Assembly: GCA_038128265.1 (NCBI GenBank)
Contig: JAYPJE010000018.1
Coordinates: 12,555 to 76,554 of the forward strand
Length of the DNA: 64,000 nt
Source of the DNA: Gemmatimonadota bacterium
GTDB taxonomy: Bacteria; Latescibacterota; UBA2968; UBA8231
Direction of reading: 5' to 3'
Shown: positions 29,346 to 38,641 of the stretch, piece by piece
Position numbering within the stretch: the first letter of the stretch is position 1
Layout of the letters: every line of letters starts with the position of its first letter
Translations under genes and position numbers: made by a program
Notes under the pieces: generated by a model
Databases searched by the model: none
Seen by the model: only the letters and a program-made list of their open reading frames with translations
Told to the model about the DNA's origin: nothing

Positions 29346-30634
29346 CGGCCAATCACAAAAGCGCCGCGATCGCGCAGAATCGGAATGACATTTTCGCGCG
29401 AATCGGATGAGAGGTTGTTCCCGCGCACCCAGATGCTTTTGAGGCCGTCCATATCCAACAGCGGCGAGAGGTCAGAGACTTCATTGTCCGTCAGGTTGAG
29501 CGTGGCCAGTTGGTCGAGGTCGCGCAGCGGCGAGAGATCCGTTACGCTGTTTTGCGCCAGGTTGAGGAACTTTAAGCGCGTCAGGTTCGACAGGCTACTC
29601 ACGTCCGAAACGCCCGCGTTCGGCAAGTTGAGCTCCTCGAGCAGAATCAGTCCGCCCAGTGGCACCAAGCTTTCGACCGGCGTGTCGCGCACGGTGAGAA
29701 TTTTGAGTTTTATCAGCGAGGCAAGCGGCGTCAGGTCACTAAACCCCTGTATGTCTTCCGACGCGGAAAAGCGAATAAAGAGGGCCTCTATATTGACCAG
29801 ACGGTTCATGCCGCTGAGCGTTTGGATCGCCCCCGTAGTGTTGAGGAAGAGTAGATCTTCCAATAGATCGTCGGTAACCGGTCCTTTTAGACCGCCCAGA
29901 TGCGCTCGAATATCTTCTTCGAGAGCCGCATCAAATGGGCTTTCGAAAGGCTGGTAGTAGTGTACGTCGACGCCGCGATTGACCAGCGGATCGAGCGCAG
30001 CAACGTCGGCGAGGGGATTGCCCGATAGCTCGAGATCGGTTAGCAGGCGCAGTCCCAGCAGGGGGCTGATATCGCGAATCTGGTTGTTATCGAGGTTGAT
30101 CAGGCGCAGCCGGCGCAAATTGGCCAGCGCAGCAATATCGGCTATGGCGTTGTTTTGCAGGTCGAGATGCGTCAGCTGCAAAAGCGCATCGAGAGCACCA
30201 ATATCGACGATGGCATTGTTGGACAGATTGAGAGCACTGAGGCGCTGCAGCGACGAGAGCGGCCCGATATCGACCAGCTCGTTGTCGGAAAGGTCGAGCT
30301 GCTGCACGTCGGTAAGAGTAGCCAGCGGCGCTACGTCGACTAGAGCATTGGCTCCCAAATCGACCGTGCGCAGCGCGCTCAGGCGTTCGATTCCATCGAG
30401 CGAAGCGATGCCGCGCTGGGCGGCAGACAGCGTCTCGATCGCAACCAACTGGTCGGTTGCGAGTGCGCCGCGCGGCGTGTCGAGCACTTCGCGCACGACG
30501 CGCTCCAAGGCCATATCGGCAAATTCCGTATGGTCGAATACTTCGGACGGATTAACCGCCAGCGGCGGCGTTGGTGCGTCCTGACAGGAGAGGGTAAGTA
30601 GCGCTGCAAGCGCAAGTAAACAATTAGTCATCAT
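29342..30634 (-). CDS. Family-C internalin-like LRR lipoprotein
   Basis: Lipobox TLSC; DHTEFAD.ALE..VR cap; two LRR blocks (about 7 + 7); ends IP.LRDRG. Confidence 0.88.
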   Translation of the reverse strand: MMTNCLLALAALLTLSCQDAPTPPLAVNPSEVFDHTEFADMALERVVREVLDTPRGALATDQLVAIETLSAAQRGIASLDGIERLSALRTVDLGANALVDVAPLATLTDVQQLDLSDNELVDIGPLSSLQRLSALNLSNNAIVDIGALDALLQLTHLDLQNNAIADIAALANLRRLRLINLDNNQIRDISPLLGLRLLTDLELSGNPLADVAALDPLVNRGVDVHYYQPFESPFDAALEEDIRAHLGGLKGPVTDDLLEDLLFLNTTGAIQTLSGMNRLVNIEALFIRFSASEDIQGFSDLTPLASLIKLKILTVRDTPVESLVPLGGLILLEELNLPNAGVSDVSSLSNLTRLKFLNLAQNSVTDLSPLRDLDQLATLNLTDNEVSDLSPLLDMDGLKSIWVRGNNLSSDSRENVIPILRDRGAFVIGR

Positions 30635-30691
30635 GGCAGCTATTTAGTAGGTGAGTAAAGATAGGGTCTGAGTCTCACGCGGCAAAGGTTC

Positions 30692-32527
30692 TCAATAAAC
30701 GACGTTTACCAGTCCATAGCGGGCCGTTTTTTTTGCATCGGCATCAATCTCCAACTGGTAGAAGTAGGTGCCCGGAGCGACGCGCGCACCAGAGGCATCG
30801 CGACCGTCCCAAACGCGTAGATACGAGCCGCTGGGATCGTTCGATGTATAGCCTCGGCGCAGCAGGCGCCCGCTCAGGTCGTAAATCCCAAACGCGATGT
30901 CGGCAGGCTGCGTCAGGCGCAGCACGTTGTAGGTAAGCACCAAATAGTCGTTGCTGCCATCGCCGTTGGGCGTGAAGAGCGCGCTGCGCAGCCGGGGGTC
31001 GTCCAATAGTTTCTCGCGATGCGAAGCCAAACGCACGCGCAACGTGCCGCCCGGCGTGCGCGGGTCTACGTCGGCGGCCGCCGCCGACTGATAGGCATCT
31101 TCATCGCCGGCTCCCGTTGGACGACGGTCGCGCGCACGCACGCGAAAGTCCGTTCCATCGACAAAAACGCGCGCGCGAAAAAATATCTGCACAAACGAGC
31201 CTTGCGGATTGATGCGCTCGCCAAATCGCAGCGAAAAGCCACCGCTCTCCAAACGCTCAACGCTGTAGAATACCGGGCGATCCTGCACGTGGACGCTGTC
31301 GATGGCGACGACCTCGGCGCGCGTTTGCACCTCGACATAGCGAAACCCCGAATCGACGCCACCCGTATCCTCGATGCGTCGCGCACGCAGGTCGATGGCA
31401 AAGGATGTTTCCTCACCGGGATAGACTGCACTCGGATTGATTTCAGCCGATAGCTCCTGGGCCAGGGGACGGCTGGTGTATTCGATGGCCACCTGCTCGA
31501 TGCGCGTGCCGGGCTGTAGAACCTGCACGCGAAACTGAATAACGGCCTGAGGCGGCGACGATATCTGTCCGTCGTTGAGCGATTCCCATGCACTCCACAG
31601 CGGATTTTCGCGCGGTGGCGCTTGAATGCCGGGAATGGCTGTGGTCCAATCACTCTTGCTCACCAGCACCAGGTCGGCCCCTCGCTCGAGAAAGTACTGA
31701 ACCGGTGCCAGGTCGGGTCCACTTCGCGTTTGCACGATGATCGGCAACGCGTCAGGCGACTGGCCGTTTACCAATAGGCGCCCCCATACCGGCCGGGCAT
31801 TGCGCACCTCCAGGGGCACCGACAGGTACTCGCCGGGCGGAGCCGAGCCATCGGCGACAATCTCAATTTCCGCCACTTCCCAGTCGCGCTCGCTGAGCGT
31901 GCGAAGCCGCACGTGGCGCATTGGCCTCGGATCGTGCGGCTCGTTGGGATGCGGCCAAAGCACGATGCTCTGATCGTTCGGTGCGTTAATATGGGCGTTG
32001 ATTAGCGTGGGGCTACCGCAGCACACATCGAATATATCGGTGGCAATTTCCGCCGGATCAAGGGCGTCGGATCCGAGCTGAAATGCCTGCAAATAGCGGT
32101 TGCGGTGGCCGGCATCGAGGCGGGGGAAAAAGCGGATTTGCTCGACGCCATAATGGGCCCCTAGGTCGATGTAGACATCCATCTGGCGCTGGGCACCGTC
32201 GGCGTCCGGGTCAAACGCGGTGCCGGCATCGCCGTCGATCATGCGCCCGATGCTCGGCGTGCGCAGTAGGGCCGGATAGAGGCCGCCCACTGCGTCGGCT
32301 TTTTCAGCAATGGCAAAGATGCGACCTCCGCGCTCTAGGATGCTTGGCGCGATATTTTCACCGCGCACAGCCTGCCAGATCCACAGGGAATCATCGGCTA
32401 CAGAAAGGCGGTTGGATTCCTCGCGCACCTGCGCAAAAGAGAGCCCAGCGCGGCCAATAACCAGCGATTCAACGGCCAAGAGCACAGTCGGCGCCAAGAG
32501 CGCACAGCACAGGACGAGCGATCTCAT
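30692..32527 (-). CDS. Family-A (subtype A3) exported protein with C-terminal FlgD-Ig/CHU_C-like domain
   Basis: Signal peptide; same motif series as 27477-29345; FTPNGDGSND; ends VNVVY. Confidence 0.82.
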   Translation of the reverse strand: MRSLVLCCALLAPTVLLAVESLVIGRAGLSFAQVREESNRLSVADDSLWIWQAVRGENIAPSILERGGRIFAIAEKADAVGGLYPALLRTPSIGRMIDGDAGTAFDPDADGAQRQMDVYIDLGAHYGVEQIRFFPRLDAGHRNRYLQAFQLGSDALDPAEIATDIFDVCCGSPTLINAHINAPNDQSIVLWPHPNEPHDPRPMRHVRLRTLSERDWEVAEIEIVADGSAPPGEYLSVPLEVRNARPVWGRLLVNGQSPDALPIIVQTRSGPDLAPVQYFLERGADLVLVSKSDWTTAIPGIQAPPRENPLWSAWESLNDGQISSPPQAVIQFRVQVLQPGTRIEQVAIEYTSRPLAQELSAEINPSAVYPGEETSFAIDLRARRIEDTGGVDSGFRYVEVQTRAEVVAIDSVHVQDRPVFYSVERLESGGFSLRFGERINPQGSFVQIFFRARVFVDGTDFRVRARDRRPTGAGDEDAYQSAAAADVDPRTPGGTLRVRLASHREKLLDDPRLRSALFTPNGDGSNDYLVLTYNVLRLTQPADIAFGIYDLSGRLLRRGYTSNDPSGSYLRVWDGRDASGARVAPGTYFYQLEIDADAKKTARYGLVNVVY

Positions 32528-33942
32528 CGTATGCCGATAACGGAAATGCCGCGCGCGCGCAGCGCCGGAATGTGCTCTTCAATGGACGCTCTGCTCAGCG
32601 GGTTATTCCCCAGTGAAACAATCTTCAAGTTTTCCAGCGCCAACAGCGGTGCTACGTCGACAATGCGATTAGAGGCCATGCGCACGTCTTCGAGCGAAAC
32701 CATGCGCGAAAGCGGCGCAATATCAACAATATCATTGGACGCAATATTGAGATTGGTGATGCCGCGTAGCGACGTCAGCGCCGAGATATCTTCGATGACA
32801 TTGCTGGCTAAATCAAGCCGCTGCAAGCGCAGCAGGCGGCGCACCTGGTGAATCTCGCGAATTTGGTTACCGGTCAGTATGAGTTCGCGCAGCTCGAGCT
32901 GGTTGCCCAAACCGTTGAGCGTGGTCAGCTGACCTATGCTGACGCGCAGCGAGGTGAGGCGGCGCAGTTCGCGCAGAGGCCGCAGGTCGATAATCGGCGT
33001 GCTGATCACATTGAGCACTCGCAGATTATCCAGCTCGGCGAGCGGCCCTAAATCATTGAGCAGCGCGCGACGGCCGCGAATAAACAGCGCTTCGATATTG
33101 CGCAGATGTTCAATACCGCCGAGCGTTTCGATCGCACCGGTAACGACGAGCTCGCGCACGCGCAGAAAGTCGTCCTCTTCAAGAGGGCCCAGCGGTTTGT
33201 CGAGCTCTGTGCGTATGCTCGTCTCGACGTGTTCGCTGCTGATGGTCAATGCCTCGGCGTAGTACGTCACTTCGACGCCGCGCTGGCGCAGTGCACTCAG
33301 CGTCGAACGCTCCAACGGATTGCCCGATAGTTCGACGCGGCGCAGCAGCGGTAGGCTGGTCAGCGGAGCGATATCGCGCACCATATTGTTGTCAAAGTTG
33401 AGCTGGCGCAGACGACGCAGAACGCGCAGCGGCGCTAAGTCAGATACGGCGTTGTCGTCAAAGTCCAGTGCTTCTAGGTTGGTCAACGAGGCCAGCGGTG
33501 CCAGATCAGTCACGGCATTGTCGGCCAACACCAGCACGCGCAGGGACCGCAGCGGCATTAAGTAGTCGAGCGAATCGAGGCTATTGCTCGCCAAATCGAG
33601 CGTGTCGAGCACCGCCAGGGCGGCGAGCGGTGCCAGCGCACTGCTGCTCAACTTGTTGCCGGCCAAATGCAGGCGGCGCAGATTCGACAGGCGCTCAATT
33701 CCTTCGAGCCGTGCAATGTGCCGCTGCGATAGATCGAGTCGGTAGATCGACTGCAAATCGGCTTCGGCAAGCGCACCGCGTTCCCGAGACAGCGCTTGGC
33801 GCACCGCGCGTTCAAGCGCCCCATCGGCAAATGCCGTATGGTCAAAGAGCACGCTGTCATCCGGGTCGGGCTGCAGCGGCATTTCGCGCGCAGTGCACGC
33901 CGTTAGGACAAGAGCGCATAGCAGTAGTAGACGTTTTTTCAT
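32524..33942 (-). CDS. Family-C internalin-like LRR lipoprotein
   Basis: Likely start MKKRLLL (33942); lipobox LTAC; DHTAFAD.ALE..VR cap; two LRR blocks (about 7 + 9). Confidence 0.88.
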   Translation of the reverse strand: MKKRLLLLCALVLTACTAREMPLQPDPDDSVLFDHTAFADGALERAVRQALSRERGALAEADLQSIYRLDLSQRHIARLEGIERLSNLRRLHLAGNKLSSSALAPLAALAVLDTLDLASNSLDSLDYLMPLRSLRVLVLADNAVTDLAPLASLTNLEALDFDDNAVSDLAPLRVLRRLRQLNFDNNMVRDIAPLTSLPLLRRVELSGNPLERSTLSALRQRGVEVTYYAEALTISSEHVETSIRTELDKPLGPLEEDDFLRVRELVVTGAIETLGGIEHLRNIEALFIRGRRALLNDLGPLAELDNLRVLNVISTPIIDLRPLRELRRLTSLRVSIGQLTTLNGLGNQLELRELILTGNQIREIHQVRRLLRLQRLDLASNVIEDISALTSLRGITNLNIASNDIVDIAPLSRMVSLEDVRMASNRIVDVAPLLALENLKIVSLGNNPLSRASIEEHIPALRARGISVIGIR

Positions 33943-33955
33943 GCGCGCCGCCGCG

Positions 33956-36673
33956 CTAGCGTTCGACCCCAGCATAGACCGTAATAAAACCGCGCGTAGA
34001 CGTGCGCGGTCCTTCAATCTCGAAATCCTGACGGCTAATAGAAAAGCCCAGTACGGTCGTCAGCCGATAGCCCTGATAGTCCGACACATCGGTCATTTGC
34101 AGCAGCGCCGTTAGCTCGGTAAAGCTATCGTCGGCACGCGGCGGCGTCGGATCCTGCAGCTGAAAAAATTGGTGGTATTCTAGCCCGGCTTCTAAATAGG
34201 TGGTGTACATCACGGGGAGACGGGCAATCACCATACCGATTTCGCTCAGCTCGCGCCGCGTTGCCTCCGTTGCATTAAACGAGGAGTAGCGCAGAAACTC
34301 GCTTTTCCATGCCGGAATCAGTGAAAAGGGGCCGGCGCTAATGCGATATTCGGCCTTGTTGACGACGCCGAGAAATGAGGTCTGATCGCTCATGTCGCGC
34401 AGGTCGAGCTGCTTGGCGCTGTCGAGTTGGTGGTAGAGCTGCCAGCGCAGCATGTTCTTCATCTTGAGACCGGGGGTTGGTTCAAAGTCTATACCGATCC
34501 ACGAAGTATTCACCAGCGTATTGCGCGCTGGAAGCGGATCGCGCACCGGGCGCAGTTCGCCGCGCGAATTGGGCGGCTGCACCCACTGGATCAAGTCGTC
34601 GCGAATGGTGTCTTTGACTTTGCGCGCGTCTTGAAAGACGCGTAGTCGTCCCCAGGAAAACGCGTGGGCGCCGTTGAGCATAAAGTAGGTCGCCAGGTTG
34701 CGCCGCTTGTCGGATATCTGCGCAATCCGCTGTTGGCCAACGGTCGTGCGCCAGTTGGGGTGTACATAGCGTCCCAGATAAATATTGTATCCTTCTTGAT
34801 CGCGCCGGTACGGCAGATCAGCCAGTTCGTCGTTTTCAAAGCGATCAATGGTGCCGTTGTGGTTCATATCAACGCCGTAGAGAAACTCCGGACGCTCGGT
34901 GTGGAAGCGCAGAAAAGGCTCTTCGTAGTCAGGTACGCGGTTGGGACTATCGTTGTTGTCGTTTTGATTGAAATCCGAAATAAAGTCGTTGTTTTCATCC
35001 CAGCCGGGAAAGATGCTGATATCGCCGCTGGTGAAGCCGCGTCGACGCCAGTCGGGATCGCGGTCCTGGTCATCGTTATCGTCGACGTATTCGTAGAGTT
35101 TAAGGTCGTCGGCATAGTCGACAATGCCCGTTTCCTGCACCGTGCGAAACGAAGTGGCATAGTCTGGATCGGTGTGAAAAAACTCACCGTAGACAAAGTA
35201 GGGATGCGCCACGCGCGAGACGTTGGCCATCCACGCTAGCGCTTCACGGCCGCTGGCATGGTGCTTTTCGAGGTTGGGATTGGGAAACTTGCCCCACTGG
35301 TTGTTGACATTTATTTCGAAATACCCGTCGAGACCCTCCAAGTCGGTGAGCTCTAAGGTGAAGCCGGCAATCTGGTTGGCCGTCGGCAGACCGTAATCAA
35401 AGACCAGCACGCGTTGGTTAGAAGAGTCCCTGACATTGCCATGTGCGTTGGCTACCGGCACGAAAACCTGGCGCAGAAAAATATCCGTCTGCAGATCTGA
35501 GCTCACTTCAATTGCATAGTCGTTGGCCACGACTAATTCCAGCTGTATGCGCGCAATTTCCGCCGGATCGGGTCCGGAATAGGTGCGGTCGAGTAAGTCG
35601 TAGCGCAGAAGGATTTCTTCGCTGCCGTCGGCCGCCAAAAACCCCTTGCGCTGAAAGCCCCCCTCTATAACGGCTCGATAACCTATCTCCGAACCGCGCG
35701 TCTGATTGCCGTCCAGATCCCACAGCAAGATATCAGAGTCGAATAGAGCGCCGCCGCCTACGCCGTCTTCCGGCGAGTCGTCTTTGATTTTAATCTCGAT
35801 AAAGCTGAGGTTTTCCAAGTTTTGCGAACCCGTCAGACTCCCTTTGAAAAAATTGCCCGACAGTGCGTCGTTTTGCGTCTGCGAGTGGTGCGAGTTGATA
35901 AACGTGCCACCCACTTTGACAAAATCACCGACCTGCACCTCGACGCGACCGCCGACCAAGTTGGTATTGTCGGTGCGCGCGGCGGCCGTAATCTGCCCGG
36001 GGCTGGTCTGCGCACCGTCCGGTTCGCTAATGCGCGAGAGCAGCATGGTGCCCATATACTTGTCGGAGGCAAAGTCGAGCTGAATCCCGTTAAAGCGCGG
36101 CTTGGAAAAGGTCATCGGCGTCAGCGTCGTGCGAATCTGGTTGCCCACTGTTATTGCATAGTGGTACTGCCCTTTGTGATCGGAGGCGATAACGACATTG
36201 TTAAACCACGAGCCAAAACGGCCGTCTTTGAACAGCGTAGAGCCAAAAGGCTGCGGGTTTTCCTGACGCCAGTCGAATATGAGCCAGCCGCGGTTGAGAA
36301 AATTGCCGAATAGATCGTAGAAGTAGAATCCCTCAATAGAGGTAGACACATAGCGCTGATAGGTCTCGCGCGCATAGTTGGAGTACTCCCACTGCTTCCA
36401 ACCGTACTCGGCGTAGAGCTCCTGCGGTATAAACCACTTGCGCACCGTTGGATCGAGGGCGTCAAAGAGCACGCCAGGGCCGGTGGGGTCAAACGAAACT
36501 TTGCCGCCGCGCTTAACGGTGCCCAGCCGGGAGCCATAGGTCTGCGCATGAACGCCCGCCGTTAGCGCCAGGAGGACCACCAGCACCAACCAGCGCGTAG
36601 CCCGGCCACACCAAACGGTTCGCACGGACGAGACGCCGCGCCGCCGGTGCACCATGTTGAACATTCGTATCAT
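33956..36673 (-). CDS. Family-B large exported/outer-membrane protein (~900 aa)
   Basis: Signal peptide (VHA/Q); collinear with 1820-4474 throughout (YG.RLGTV.RGGKVSF, SDHKGQYHYAITVG, DDSPEDG, GLPTANQI, PGWDENNDF); exact start uncertain. Confidence 0.8.
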   Translation of the reverse strand: MIRMFNMVHRRRGVSSVRTVWCGRATRWLVLVVLLALTAGVHAQTYGSRLGTVKRGGKVSFDPTGPGVLFDALDPTVRKWFIPQELYAEYGWKQWEYSNYARETYQRYVSTSIEGFYFYDLFGNFLNRGWLIFDWRQENPQPFGSTLFKDGRFGSWFNNVVIASDHKGQYHYAITVGNQIRTTLTPMTFSKPRFNGIQLDFASDKYMGTMLLSRISEPDGAQTSPGQITAAARTDNTNLVGGRVEVQVGDFVKVGGTFINSHHSQTQNDALSGNFFKGSLTGSQNLENLSFIEIKIKDDSPEDGVGGGALFDSDILLWDLDGNQTRGSEIGYRAVIEGGFQRKGFLAADGSEEILLRYDLLDRTYSGPDPAEIARIQLELVVANDYAIEVSSDLQTDIFLRQVFVPVANAHGNVRDSSNQRVLVFDYGLPTANQIAGFTLELTDLEGLDGYFEINVNNQWGKFPNPNLEKHHASGREALAWMANVSRVAHPYFVYGEFFHTDPDYATSFRTVQETGIVDYADDLKLYEYVDDNDDQDRDPDWRRRGFTSGDISIFPGWDENNDFISDFNQNDNNDSPNRVPDYEEPFLRFHTERPEFLYGVDMNHNGTIDRFENDELADLPYRRDQEGYNIYLGRYVHPNWRTTVGQQRIAQISDKRRNLATYFMLNGAHAFSWGRLRVFQDARKVKDTIRDDLIQWVQPPNSRGELRPVRDPLPARNTLVNTSWIGIDFEPTPGLKMKNMLRWQLYHQLDSAKQLDLRDMSDQTSFLGVVNKAEYRISAGPFSLIPAWKSEFLRYSSFNATEATRRELSEIGMVIARLPVMYTTYLEAGLEYHQFFQLQDPTPPRADDSFTELTALLQMTDVSDYQGYRLTTVLGFSISRQDFEIEGPRTSTRGFITVYAGVER

Positions 36674-36715
36674 TCTTCTACCTTGTCGAAAAGGGCTCTC
36701 GAACCGCAGGCCGCG

Positions 36716-38641
36716 CTAGTACGCTACGGCGATGCTGCCCGAGTGCACTTCTTCAAATGCATCTGACTCGACGCGCAGCACCCATAAATAGGTGCCCGGT
36801 AAGAGCCGCTTTCCATCACCGGCTCGCCCATCCCAGGTGAATTCAACGGGCCCAATGCCGAGTTCAGCGGCAAAGGCGGTATGCACGCGCCGCCCTGCCA
36901 GGTCGTATACCTCAAAGACTACCGGAGCGGGCTCCGTTATTTGCAACACATTGAAAAAGACATTCAACTCGTCGTTGATGCCATCGTCGTTAGGCGTTAA
37001 AAAGCGCGTATTGGCAACGATTTCACCAACCAGCTTACCGATCTGTGGCTTGGGAATGGAGACGGCCAATCCCGATAGCGCATCGTCGTCTCCCGGACCA
37101 AAATTGACGGCGTTGCCGCTGACGACGGCCTGCGGCACGCCCACCGCCGCGCTGTTAAAGGCGCGGCTGCTAAACGTCGTGCCAAAGCGGAAAATCGGCA
37201 GATCAAACGTCAGCTCTAGCAGCGCCTGATCCTGGGTTACCAGCGGGAAGGAAATGCCGAAACTCTCCTCGTTAGCAAAGTCGACGGCGTATTCAATCGG
37301 CTCGCCGTTGAGCTTTACTTCGCGCACGTCAGTCGTAGCGACGTTGGTATCGACGATGAGGCGGTCAAAGCCGTATATAGGCAGCAGGTTGCCCTCGCCA
37401 TCGCTGGCGCGTTCCAGGCGCAGAGCATAGCGAAAAGTAGCCGGCTCTTCGGCCTGCGTCAGACGCGGGAACACTTCGCCGACAATGCGATCGGCCAGCG
37501 GCGGGCTGAGATAGTCAAATTCGAATTGGTCTAATTCACGCGTGCGGAACAGTTCGCCCGTAAACTCGAACTGGAACTGCACGTAGCGGCGCGGCGACGG
37601 CGCGGTAATCAATTCGCCGCTGTCAACCGGTCGCCAGGTGCTCCAGTTGACGTCGTCTTCGCTAATCGGACCGCGATCGAGCGGGTCGAGCGCAAAAAAG
37701 GCGTCTGGGCCAATGTCGACGAGCGTGCGCGTAGGATTGCCCGCCGCATCCGTGCCGCGCTCAACCCGGTTGTAGCGCAGCGGCGTGGGGTCGGTCCCCG
37801 TGCGCACGCGCGCGCTGAGCGAAGAAAACTCCGCTTCGCCAACGGCTTCCTCCAGCCAGCGCACCGGACCAATGGTGGCGCGCTGGCGGAGATCGATGAT
37901 GTCCGTCAGGTAGGTCGCGCGCTGCAAATAGCCCGTGCCGTATACTTCGATTTCGTCGATCTCGAACGGCACGTTGGCCAGCGACTTGAGTCGCAGCACG
38001 CGCACGTACTGCGGCGGCACGGCGATGTCGACGATGGGCTCTTCGTTTTCAACGTCGCGCTCGACGAGTATATCGGGCGAGGCCAGGCTAGGGCGCTCGG
38101 GGTTAACCCACAGCTCAAAGGCGCGTAGAAAATCGTTTTGGTAGGGATGCGTCGGCGTCGGCACAACGGTGTTGCGCGGATAAAAGCGCACGCGCTGCAC
38201 GCCGATGGCCGTGCCGAAGTCGAGAATGACGCGGACGTTGCGCGCGTTGACTTCTGGCTCAAACGCCGTCGGTTTGCGCGTAAAAGCTACCGTTGGGCTG
38301 CCGTTTACCGTGCCGCGTAGCTCGGCCTCAAAACCGCGTCCCACGTCGGGCGACGTAATCGACGCGCCGGGCAGCAACACGCGCGCTGCGACGTTTTCGC
38401 CCTCTTCGAAAAAGAGCGGACTGATCCAGCCCGGGCGCCGATCAAACTCGATCGAATCGTCCGGCGAGTTCGTGGTATCGATCGCCGCGCCGTTGCGCAC
38501 CTTGGGATCAATACCGCTACCGCCCGTGCGCCAAGGCGTAGAAGGCGAACCGATAATAAACGTGCGCGCGCGCTGCGCATGGGCGCCCTCTACGGCAAGC
38601 AGCAAAATAACCAGAGCGCATAGCTCACACAGTCGCCGCAT
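36716..38641 (-). CDS. Family-A (subtype A2) exported protein with C-terminal FlgD-Ig/CHU_C-like domain
   Basis: Start MRRLCEL in TGATG overlap with the upstream stop; signal peptide (AHA/Q); RPGWISPLFF, RVRFYPRNTV, LTPNDDGIND; ends IAVAY. Confidence 0.82.
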   Translation of the reverse strand: MRRLCELCALVILLLAVEGAHAQRARTFIIGSPSTPWRTGGSGIDPKVRNGAAIDTTNSPDDSIEFDRRPGWISPLFFEEGENVAARVLLPGASITSPDVGRGFEAELRGTVNGSPTVAFTRKPTAFEPEVNARNVRVILDFGTAIGVQRVRFYPRNTVVPTPTHPYQNDFLRAFELWVNPERPSLASPDILVERDVENEEPIVDIAVPPQYVRVLRLKSLANVPFEIDEIEVYGTGYLQRATYLTDIIDLRQRATIGPVRWLEEAVGEAEFSSLSARVRTGTDPTPLRYNRVERGTDAAGNPTRTLVDIGPDAFFALDPLDRGPISEDDVNWSTWRPVDSGELITAPSPRRYVQFQFEFTGELFRTRELDQFEFDYLSPPLADRIVGEVFPRLTQAEEPATFRYALRLERASDGEGNLLPIYGFDRLIVDTNVATTDVREVKLNGEPIEYAVDFANEESFGISFPLVTQDQALLELTFDLPIFRFGTTFSSRAFNSAAVGVPQAVVSGNAVNFGPGDDDALSGLAVSIPKPQIGKLVGEIVANTRFLTPNDDGINDELNVFFNVLQITEPAPVVFEVYDLAGRRVHTAFAAELGIGPVEFTWDGRAGDGKRLLPGTYLWVLRVESDAFEEVHSGSIAVAY

